Below the pieces are notes generated by a model. It made no database searches, had not been told where the DNA came from, and saw only the letters and a program-made list of their open reading frames with translations. Below, piece by piece: positions 10,306-18,771 of a stretch of 64,000 nt of DNA. The number at the start of each line of letters is the position of its first letter. Positions within the stretch are counted from its first letter, which is position 1. A program made the position numbers and the translations under genes. The stretch is taken from contig JAVYLW010000001.1 in assembly GCA_038740375.1 (NCBI GenBank), forward strand, positions 11,530-75,529, read 5' to 3'. Source of the DNA: Candidatus Pacearchaeota archaeon. Lineage in GTDB: Archaea > Nanobdellota > Nanobdellia > Pacearchaeales > GW2011-AR1.

Positions 10306-11532
10306 ATGCAACTTAATTCAATGATTATTGAACTAATAATAGCGCTTATCGTCGGTATCGCCATCGGCACCCTAACCGGCCTTTTTCCAGGAATACATAT
10401 TAATTTAGTTTCAACTTTTGTTTTAACTTTTTCCTCAACATTATTAATTTTTATATCTCCAATATATTTAGTAGTATTTGTTATATCGTTAGCAATAACT
10501 CACACATTTATAGATTTCATTCCAACTATTTTCTTAGGAGCTCCAAATGAAGATACTGCATTATCAATTCTTCCAGGCCACAAACTTTTATTAAAAGGTT
10601 TAGGATATACTGCAATATTATTAACTATCTACGGAGGATTAATATCAATACCAATTCTATTAATATTAATTCCTCTTTTTTTAAATTTTTTACCAATAAT
10701 TTATCCAAATGCAGTTAGAATAATGCCAATAATATTAATTTTAATTTCAGGTTTTTTAATTTATAGTGAAGGTAAAAACAAAAGATTTTTAGCATTAATA
10801 ATTTTTTTACTTTCAGGATTTTTAGGCTTAGCAACTTTAAATTTACCAATAAAAGAGCCCTTACTTCCATTATTTTCAGGATTATTTGGAGCAAGTGGTT
10901 TAATACTTTCAATTAGAAATAAAACAATTATTCCAGATCAAAAAATACTAAATCTAAAACAAATAAAATTACCTAAAATATCATATTTAAAATCGTTTTT
11001 TACAATAACAATAGCAAGTCCAATAATAGCTTTCATTCCAGGAACAGGTTCAAATCAAGCAGCTATAATTAGTAGTAAAGTTATAGGAAAATTAGATGAA
11101 AAAGAATTTTTATTTGTTATTGGAGGTATAAATACCCTTATGATGTGTCTATCTTTTATTACATTATATTCTATAAATAAAACAAGGACTGGAGCAGCAG
11201 TAGCAGTATCAAAATTGATTCCAAAATTAAGTTCAGAAAATTTATCAATTATAATTATAATTTTAATTATTTCTTCAATAATTGCTGCAACTTTAACATT
11301 AAAATTAGCGAAGTTTTTTTCAAAAAAAATTAATAAAATAAATTATAAAAAAATTTCAATAATTATTTTAATAATATTAGCTATTTTATCAATAAAATTT
11401 TCAGGATTAATAGGGTTATTAGTATTTATAACCTCAACAGCATTAGGAATATTTTGTATTCAAACAAAAATTAAAAGAACTGAATTAATGGGTTGTTTGT
11501 TGATTCCAACTATTTTGATTTATCTCGTATAA
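10306..11532 (+). CDS. TctA/DUF112-family polytopic membrane protein (putative transporter)
   Basis: 408 aa with about 10 hydrophobic helices. Duplicated G-x-x-x-G-x-x-PG motifs (GIAIGTLTGLFPGI; IAFIPGTGSNQ) characteristic of the TctA/DUF112 family. Confidence 0.5.
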   Translation: MQLNSMIIELIIALIVGIAIGTLTGLFPGIHINLVSTFVLTFSSTLLIFISPIYLVVFVISLAITHTFIDFIPTIFLGAPNEDTALSILPGHKLLLKGLGYTAILLTIYGGLISIPILLILIPLFLNFLPIIYPNAVRIMPIILILISGFLIYSEGKNKRFLALIIFLLSGFLGLATLNLPIKEPLLPLFSGLFGASGLILSIRNKTIIPDQKILNLKQIKLPKISYLKSFFTITIASPIIAFIPGTGSNQAAIISSKVIGKLDEKEFLFVIGGINTLMMCLSFITLYSINKTRTGAAVAVSKLIPKLSSENLSIIIIILIISSIIAATLTLKLAKFFSKKINKINYKKISIIILIILAILSIKFSGLIGLLVFITSTALGIFCIQTKIKRTELMGCLLIPTILIYLV

Positions 11533-12923
11533 TCTTTATTCAAAAAAATTTCATTAACAGGAAAATTTCCATTAACACAACCAGCACATATATCTTCTAG
11601 ACTAAGTGCCTTCCTCATATCTTGTTCAGATGGATAGCAAACAAAAGTTGCACCTATTTTTTTAGCAACTTCATTACCTATTTTATCTAAATCTCCATCT
11701 AAACCATGAGCAATAAAACTAGTTCCTTTAATATCTTTAATACAGGAATAAACTAAAGGAGGGCAAGAAATAATAGGATATATTTCAACAGCTCCAGCTT
11801 TTCTAAGTTTATATATCATCCCATCTCTAAAAACAGTTCCTCTAACAATACTATCATCTCCTATTGCAACTTTTTTCCCGTTTATGATATGTGTGTTCAA
11901 AAAAAACTTAAGCATAGCTGCAAGTCGCCTCTCAGATTCATCTTCAACTTGAAAAGTTCTTTTTGCTCCAGGATTTTTAATAGCTACTTCCTCGTAAGGA
12001 ACATATTTTCCAGTTAGATTAAATAATTCTTGTTGAAATCCAAGAGCAACACCTCTTCCAGAATCTGGAGAAGCCATAACTAAATCAACATCTTTAATTT
12101 TTTCAACATATTTTCTAGCTAAAATCCTTCCAAGCTCTTTTCTGACCTCATAAACACTTTTTCCTTCTATAACTGAAGTAGGATCTGCAAAATATATATA
12201 TTCAAAAAAACAATGAGAATGTTCTTCATCAAATAATTTTTTTGTCTCAATACCTTTTTTTGAAACAACAACAGCTTCTCCAGGTTCTATATCTCTAAAA
12301 AAATCAGATTCAACAGCTTCTGCAGCTTTATTTTCAGACATAATCATATACTTATACTTTTTTTTAGCTAAACCCAAAGGTTTTATTCCTCTTGGATCTC
12401 TAAAACCTACGAGAGCTACATTATCATGTCTGTCTCTAACTAATGCTGCAACACAATAAGAACCTCTTCCCCTAAAATCCATCATAATCCTTTCTACTGC
12501 AGAAAAAATATTTTTAGTATTATCTAAATGCGTCGAAAACTTTAATCTCATAACAGAGTCATTCTTTCCCATATATCCAAGCAAAACCCCGTCCATAGCA
12601 AGAGATATCACATGATTTTCTCCTCCAATCTCAATAGGTTGTAAACCTCCACTATCTTCATAAAGTGTATGACTTATAGCTGCAATAGGTTTCATCTCTC
12701 TTAAAACATCTAATCCCGTAAATCTTTTATTTCCAATATCTTCTTTAAAAAAATAATAAGCAAGTTTATTAGCTCTCCTTGTAAAGAATTCAGATTTATC
12801 TTTAAGTTTTAAACTAATACCGCAACCTTCCTCACCTCTATGTTGTAGAGCAACAGTTCCAATTAAAATTTCATCAGCAACGCTTAGTTCTTCAATAGAA
12901 TAAACCCCAAATACTCCACTCAC
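11520..12923 (-). CDS. PurF-like amidophosphoribosyltransferase homolog lacking the Cys1 nucleophile
   Basis: 467 aa. Ntn-GATase-like N-domain (QHRGEEGCGI) and a PRTase motif (VAIGDDSIVRGTV). GTG start preceded by AGGTG. Residue 2 is Ser (MSGVFGVYS) instead of the canonical Cys (MCGI/VFG). Confidence 0.7.
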   Translation of the reverse strand: MSGVFGVYSIEELSVADEILIGTVALQHRGEEGCGISLKLKDKSEFFTRRANKLAYYFFKEDIGNKRFTGLDVLREMKPIAAISHTLYEDSGGLQPIEIGGENHVISLAMDGVLLGYMGKNDSVMRLKFSTHLDNTKNIFSAVERIMMDFRGRGSYCVAALVRDRHDNVALVGFRDPRGIKPLGLAKKKYKYMIMSENKAAEAVESDFFRDIEPGEAVVVSKKGIETKKLFDEEHSHCFFEYIYFADPTSVIEGKSVYEVRKELGRILARKYVEKIKDVDLVMASPDSGRGVALGFQQELFNLTGKYVPYEEVAIKNPGAKRTFQVEDESERRLAAMLKFFLNTHIINGKKVAIGDDSIVRGTVFRDGMIYKLRKAGAVEIYPIISCPPLVYSCIKDIKGTSFIAHGLDGDLDKIGNEVAKKIGATFVCYPSEQDMRKALSLEDICAGCVNGNFPVNEIFLNKDYTR

Positions 12924-13102
12924 TTTTTTTCACCTAATGAAAATAAAATTTTTTTATCTTTTAATTCTTTTTCTATATTAAAAATATATTTTCATAGATA
13001 AAATAATTTATAAAGAATATAATTTTTTAAATTAATTAATTTAAGATTTCTAAATACACAAAAAATTTATAAAATAAAAAATCTTAAATTAAATATAAAA
13101 AT

Positions 13103-13369
13103 ATGAATAACAAAATATTAGAAGTTTTATCTGCAATAGTTTCTTTAATAGGTTTACTTGGAGGTTTAATGATTTGGTTTTTTGCTCCAAGACTAACTGG
13201 AAATGTAACAGGAAACACCAAAGCAATATCTTCAGGAGCATTGTTAATTATAATAGGATTAATAGGTTCTTTTTTCTGGACTTTCTATAAGGGAAAGAAA
13301 ATTAAAAAATCTAAAAACATAACAAATACAACAAAAAATAAGAATAAAAAAAGAAAAAGGAAGAAATAA
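13103..13369 (+). CDS. small membrane protein with poly-lysine tail, hypothetical
   Basis: 88 aa, two hydrophobic helices, C-terminal KNKNKKRKRKK. Confidence 0.4.
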   Translation: MNNKILEVLSAIVSLIGLLGGLMIWFFAPRLTGNVTGNTKAISSGALLIIIGLIGSFFWTFYKGKKIKKSKNITNTTKNKNKKRKRKK

Positions 13370-13729
13370 AGATATTTTAAATTTTATATCTTAAATTAAG
13401 TTCTATATATTTCTACATTTTGTTTGGATATAATAAAAAACTAAAAAAACATTCCTTAGACTAAACGAAAAATCTTGCAGATATAGTTTTATATTTAATA
13501 AATAAAAACTTTTCAATATTTTAATAAAAAATAATAAAATATTTATAGTTTGATAGTTTAACTATAAAAAATAATTTTGATTTATATTCAAAACATAAAA
13601 TATTCATTTATAAAAATTTATGAAATATTTTCAAAAATTTTATAACAAAGCTAAATAAAATAAAAATATTTTTTATAATAAAAAAATGTAAAAATTAAAT
13701 AAATACATTTTTAATTTAATTAAATTCAA

Positions 13730-14158
13730 CTACTCTTTTTTTGCATTATTTAATCTAGGCATTTGAAAATGTGTTGGAAGATTTAACTCATCTTCTAAAG
13801 ATAATGCTTTAACATTACATTTTTGCATAATAAAATTAAATATAGGTATCCTGTAATCTTCTGAAATTTTTTTGTCTTTCCAATCTTTTAAAATAATTTT
13901 TATTTCATCTTTTTCAGGAAGAATAATTAGTATTCCATCAAATTCTATATTAGCAAAATCTTTAGAATAATTTATTTTAAAACTAAAAAAAACTTTTAGA
14001 GCCTTATCTTTTGAAAAAGGAATTTCTTCTTCTTTTATTTCCTTTATATCAATATTTTGAGAAACTTCTAAATTACCTTCTATATTTTCTACTCTTTCTC
14101 CTAAAATTTTTGATAGATTAAAACCTATTATTCTCATATTTAAAATTTTGTTCAACAA
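13730..14158 (-). CDS. hypothetical protein
   Basis: 142 aa ORF. The likely true start is the internal Met (MRIIGF...). No recognisable motif. Confidence 0.4.
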   Translation of the reverse strand: MLNKILNMRIIGFNLSKILGERVENIEGNLEVSQNIDIKEIKEEEIPFSKDKALKVFFSFKINYSKDFANIEFDGILIILPEKDEIKIILKDWKDKKISEDYRIPIFNFIMQKCNVKALSLEDELNLPTHFQMPRLNNAKKE

Positions 14159-14165
14159 TATTTAA

Positions 14166-14426
14166 CTATATCAAATCCTCTTCAGAAACAACAACAAAAT
14201 CACCAATTGCTATTATAGAGTTATATGGAATTAAAATATCTCCTTGTTGTGATCTTTCTAAATGTAATTGACTTGCATAATTTGTTTGATCTTTTATCAT
14301 AAGATGAATTAATTCACCAGTCCTCGTTTCAAATAAAATATCTTTAATTGTTCCAAGTTTCCTTCCTTCTTTTGTAACAACTGGTTTTCCTAAAATTTCT
14401 TTATGTGGTTTTTTCTCAATTGCCAT
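14166..14426 (-). CDS. PRC-barrel domain protein
   Basis: 86 aa. Pattern GKPVVTKEGRKLGTIKDILFETRTGELIHLMI matches the PRC-barrel fold signature (G..V....G..LG.V.D...D..TG.....V). Confidence 0.6.
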   Translation of the reverse strand: MAIEKKPHKEILGKPVVTKEGRKLGTIKDILFETRTGELIHLMIKDQTNYASQLHLERSQQGDILIPYNSIIAIGDFVVVSEEDLI

Positions 14427-14691
14427 ATATAGTTCATATTTAAAATTTATTTATAAAGTTTTCTATAAATTTTATATAATAATACAGTATAAAAATAAAA
14501 AAATAAAAATAAGAGTAGTTTTTATTTTAAAAAAAGAAATACCAATTCAAAAAAATAATCTTTAATTATAATATTAATAATTACTTAAAAAGTCTTATTT
14601 TATATTAGTTAATCAAAATTAAAAAAATTAAGTAAAAAATTAAACAAAATAATAGTTTTAAAATTGTACGAACAATTCAATAGATAAATAA

Positions 14692-14722
14692 CCTCCCCCC
14701 TATTATTTCCTATGGAAAAAAA
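14692..14722 (-). repeat. ORB-like origin recognition box 1 (dyad TTCCTATGGAAA plus G-string)
   Basis: Plus strand reads CCTCCCCCCTATTATTTCCTATGGAAAAAAA. The reverse complement TTTTTTTCCATAGGAAATAATAGGGGGGAGG matches box 2. Confidence 0.55.
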
Positions 14723-15073
14723 TATATAAAAATTATAAGATTCTAATCAATTTTTTAATTTTTATTTATAAATATTTATATATTTTAAAATATATATTAA
14801 ATATATATTAAAATATAATATTTAAATCAAACAAATATCATATATAATTAACCATTACAATATTATAACATTTTTTGTTTATCAGAGTGGACAACATCAT
14901 ATCTATGAATTAAATTTCTCATTAAATCTTATAAAATCTATTTTAATTTTTTATTTTATTAACAAATATTTTATTATTTTTTTAACTTAATTTTTTATAT
15001 TTAATTTTAAAATATTTATTTTTAAAATTAATAAAACTAATTTTTCGCTTGATTATTAGTTTTTTAATTTCAT

Positions 15074-15100
15074 TTTTCCATAAGAAAAAATGGTGTGTGA
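15074..15100 (+). repeat. ORB-like origin recognition box 2 (inverted relative to box 1)
   Basis: TTTTCCATAAGAAAAAATGGTGTGTGA. Same TTTTCCATA[G/A]GAAA...G-rich architecture as box 1, in opposite orientation and about 350 bp away. Confidence 0.55.
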
Positions 15101-15295
15101 TAATAATATATATTTTTATTCTAAAAAATTTAAATCAATACAAAATTCGAATATATTATTATTATTTATATTTTATATTTATATTTTTTACATAAGAAAT
15201 TTAGGTTATAATATTCTTTAAAATAATTATGTTTATAAATATTAATTTTTTAAATAATACATCAATAAAAATTTAAATAAATTGGTGATAATTAA

Positions 15296-16492
15296 ATGGC
15301 TAATTTAGATAAGATTTTTGACTCTGTTGAAGATAGAAGTTTATTTAGAAATAAATATGTATTACAATCAAATTATAATCCCGAAGATATTCTTCATAGA
15401 GATAAAGAAATAGAACACATAGCTTCTATACTTGCACCTAGTTTACTTGGTCAAAAAACGAGTAATCTATTTATTTATGGAAAAACAGGTACTGGAAAAA
15501 CTCTTTCTGTTCAGCATGTTGCAAGTGAGATGATGAAAAGAGGAAAAGGAGGATTACTTAGAATAGAATATATAAATTGTAAATTGAAAAAAGTAGCTGA
15601 TACTGAATATAGAATATTTGCTGAATTAATAAAAAAATTAGGTGGTGATGTTCCTGCTACAGGTTTACCTACTGATCAAGTTTATAAGAAATTTTTAGAA
15701 TTATTAGAAAAAAATAATGAAAAAATATTCATCATAATATTAGATGAGATAGATCAGGCAGTTAAAAAAATATCTGATGATTTTTTATATAACCTTTTAA
15801 GATTAAATTCAGAGCTTGACAAAACACAAATAACTATAGTAGGTATATCTAATGACGCTAAATTTTTAGAAATGATAGATCCAAGGGTAAAAAGTTCTTT
15901 ATCTGAAGAAGAAATGGTTTTTCCTCCTTATAATGCTTTACAATTACAAGATATTTTAAGAAAAAGAGCTGAAGAATCATTTAAGCCAGGAGTTGTTTCA
16001 GAAGGAGTTATAGCTAAATGTGCTGCATATGCTGCTAGAGTTCATGGTGATGCAAGACGTGCACTTGATTTACTTAGAGTTGCTGGAGAAATTGCTGAAA
16101 GATCTTCTAGTAGAAAAATTGAAATGAAACATATTGATGAAGCAAATGAAAAGATAGAAAGAGATAAATTGATAGATATAGTAGAAACTGCACCTAAACA
16201 ATTCCAATTAGTTCTTTTTACTATACTTGACCTCTCTGGTATAACAAAAAAAGGAATATTTACTGGAGATGTATTTAATTATTATGATAATCTTTGTAAA
16301 AGATTAAATTGTGAAACTCTTACTCAAAGAAGAGTTAGTGATATACTAGCAGATCTTGATATGCTTGGTTTAATAAATGCAAGAGTTATTTCTAAAGGTA
16401 GACAAGGAAGAATGAGGGAAATTAAACTTGCAATTCCAGATAATATAATTGAAAAAACAAGAGAAATTTTAATTAAAAGTTTAGATATTTAA
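15296..16492 (+). CDS. cdc6: Orc1/Cdc6 replication initiator
   Basis: 398 aa. Walker A GKTGTGKT, Walker B IIILDEID, sensor motifs and C-terminal winged helix. N-terminal HRDKEIE...L motif typical of archaeal Orc1/Cdc6. Confidence 0.9.
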   Translation: MANLDKIFDSVEDRSLFRNKYVLQSNYNPEDILHRDKEIEHIASILAPSLLGQKTSNLFIYGKTGTGKTLSVQHVASEMMKRGKGGLLRIEYINCKLKKVADTEYRIFAELIKKLGGDVPATGLPTDQVYKKFLELLEKNNEKIFIIILDEIDQAVKKISDDFLYNLLRLNSELDKTQITIVGISNDAKFLEMIDPRVKSSLSEEEMVFPPYNALQLQDILRKRAEESFKPGVVSEGVIAKCAAYAARVHGDARRALDLLRVAGEIAERSSSRKIEMKHIDEANEKIERDKLIDIVETAPKQFQLVLFTILDLSGITKKGIFTGDVFNYYDNLCKRLNCETLTQRRVSDILADLDMLGLINARVISKGRQGRMREIKLAIPDNIIEKTREILIKSLDI

Positions 16493-16515
16493 TTTTAATT
16501 TAAGGAGGTAATAAA

Positions 16516-18099
16516 TTGGAACAAAATATATTAAAATTATTTATTAAAAAAGGTTTTCTTTTAGATAAGGAAATGCTTGATTTTTTATCTGAATTAAAAG
16601 ATGAAGATGTTGCAAATGAAATAATAAATAAAATAGCTGTTGTTTCAAAACAAAAACTAATAACAAAAAATTTAGTGAATCAAAATTTTGATAAAATAAA
16701 ACCTTTTTTGTTTGAACTTGATTTAGAAAAAAAGAAATTAGTAGAAAAATTTTTTGTAAATGTTTCTATATCAGTAGAAGTAAAAAAAGAAGTTAGTTAT
16801 GAAATTAATAATAAAGAAGAAAAAAATATTGAAGATGAAATAAGACCTATCAAAGTAATTAATTCTCCAGTAAACTTAGCTCAAAAAATTGAAGTTAAAG
16901 ATTTTGTAAGATATTTTAGAAGTAGATATAATTTTATGAAAAATTTATTATCACAAAAAAAAGAACTTGAAAATCTTTCTTCAATTGATAAAATAAGTTT
17001 TAATAAAAAAATATTTTCTATAATAGGAATTGTTACAAATAAATTAGTAACTAAATCAAAAAATATTATTTTAGATGTTGAAGATCTAACAGGCAAGGCT
17101 AGATTACTAATAAATCAAACAAAAGAAGATGTTTATAATAAATCTAAAGAGATTGTTTTAGATGATGTTATTGGTTTTAAATGTTCAGGTTCTGGAGACT
17201 TTTTATACGTAAATGATATAATTTATCCAGATAGTTTTTTGAAAGAGAAACATAGAAGTGATAGGGAGGTTTATGCATTATTTATTTCTGATATTCATGT
17301 AGGAAGCGACATGTTTTTAGAAAAAAATTTTTCTAAATTTATTAATTGGTTAAGAGGTATAGATTGTGATGATAATCAAAGAGAATTGTTAAAAAAAATT
17401 AAATATCTTTTTATTATAGGAGACACTATAGATGGTGTAGGTATTTATCCTGGACAAGAAAAGTTTCTTCAAATAAAAGATATAAAAAAACAATATGAAA
17501 AATTAGCAGAATATTTAGATATGATTCCAAAATATATAACTATAATTATGTGTCCAGGACAACATGACGGTGTTAGAGTTGCTGAGCCACAACCACCTAT
17601 AGGTGAAGATTTTGGATATCCTTTACATAAAATTTCTAATTTACACCTTGTTAGTAACCCTTCTTTTATAGAAATTGAAGCAAAAGAAGGAAAAAGTGGA
17701 ATAAAAGTTTTAATGTATCATGGTGCAAGCATGCATCATATTATTGGAGAAATTGAAGAATTAAGATTAATAAATGGCCATCATTATCCTGCTAAAGTAG
17801 TTAAACATTTATTGTATAGACGTCATTTAGCTCCTATGCATGGAGATATGATTTACATTCCTAGTTCTGATGAAGATCATTTAATTATCAAAGAAGTTCC
17901 AGATATTATTGCTACTGGAGATCTTCATAAGACTGATGTGGATAATTATAATGGAACTTTGATAATTTGTAGTTCTTGTTGGCAATCTATCACTCCTTTT
18001 GAAGAAAAAGTAGGTAATTTGCCAGATCCTTGTAAAGTCCCTATTTTAAATTTAAAAACAGGAGCAATAAAAATATTAAATTTTAACGAAGATGAATAA
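16516..18099 (+). CDS. dp1: DNA polymerase D small subunit DP1 (calcineurin-like phosphoesterase/exonuclease)
   Basis: 527 aa. TTG start 6 nt after SD AAGGAGGT. Phosphoesterase motifs FISDIHVGSD, GDTIDG, ATGDLH. Lies directly downstream of cdc6. Confidence 0.85.
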   Translation: MEQNILKLFIKKGFLLDKEMLDFLSELKDEDVANEIINKIAVVSKQKLITKNLVNQNFDKIKPFLFELDLEKKKLVEKFFVNVSISVEVKKEVSYEINNKEEKNIEDEIRPIKVINSPVNLAQKIEVKDFVRYFRSRYNFMKNLLSQKKELENLSSIDKISFNKKIFSIIGIVTNKLVTKSKNIILDVEDLTGKARLLINQTKEDVYNKSKEIVLDDVIGFKCSGSGDFLYVNDIIYPDSFLKEKHRSDREVYALFISDIHVGSDMFLEKNFSKFINWLRGIDCDDNQRELLKKIKYLFIIGDTIDGVGIYPGQEKFLQIKDIKKQYEKLAEYLDMIPKYITIIMCPGQHDGVRVAEPQPPIGEDFGYPLHKISNLHLVSNPSFIEIEAKEGKSGIKVLMYHGASMHHIIGEIEELRLINGHHYPAKVVKHLLYRRHLAPMHGDMIYIPSSDEDHLIIKEVPDIIATGDLHKTDVDNYNGTLIICSSCWQSITPFEEKVGNLPDPCKVPILNLKTGAIKILNFNEDE

Positions 18100-18153
18100 A
18101 ATAGCAAATTCTTTTTAATTTAAAAATATTAAGTTTTTTAATTTATAAATAGA

Positions 18154-18639
18154 ATGAAAATAGTAAATTTGTGTATAAGTAATAAAAACAAAGATAAGTT
18201 TTTGTTCATAAAAAGAAATAAACATCCGTTTCAAGGATATTTTGGTATGCTTGGAGGTAAAATAGAAGATGGTGAAGATATTTATAATGCTGCAAGTAGA
18301 GAATTATTTGAAGAATCAGGTATCATTTCCGAGGGAGAATATCTTGGAAAATGTATAGAAAAGATAATTGAAAATAAGAATATTTTATTTGAGTCTGAAA
18401 TATATTTTTTCCATTTTATTATTAATGAGGATATAAATTTTTATTCAAGTTTTGAAGGGGATCTAAGATGGATTTCTATTAAAGAATTTTCAAATTATAG
18501 AATAATTCCAAGTGATCCTTTAATGATTGATAGTTTTTTAAATAAAAAAGCTACAGCTACTTTTAGCATAATTGAAAAAATTAATGAAAATTATTTTCAA
18601 AAAAAATTTAAAAAATTAGAAAAAATAACTAAAATTTAA
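18154..18639 (+). CDS. Nudix hydrolase
   Basis: 161 aa. Perfect Nudix box GGKIEDGEDIYNAASRELFEESGI (Gx5Ex7REUxEExGU). Confidence 0.7.
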   Translation: MKIVNLCISNKNKDKFLFIKRNKHPFQGYFGMLGGKIEDGEDIYNAASRELFEESGIISEGEYLGKCIEKIIENKNILFESEIYFFHFIINEDINFYSSFEGDLRWISIKEFSNYRIIPSDPLMIDSFLNKKATATFSIIEKINENYFQKKFKKLEKITKI

Positions 18640-18771
18640 TAATGACAACCTACAAAATATAATAATTTTATAAATATTTATTAAAACTATAAAGTGATTA
18701 TAAAAATTTATTAATCAAAAATATAATTTCTTATTACTTTAAACTAAAATTTTGTAATAAAATTAGCTAAA

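Larger units (their letters stand above)
14430..15295. other. putative chromosomal replication origin (oriC): inverted ORB-like pair flanking an AT-rich unwinding region, upstream of cdc6
   Basis: 870 bp gene-free, extremely AT-rich spacer between divergent genes. It carries two inverted copies of TTTTCCATAnGAAAnAATnG followed by a G-string. Confidence 0.6.
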
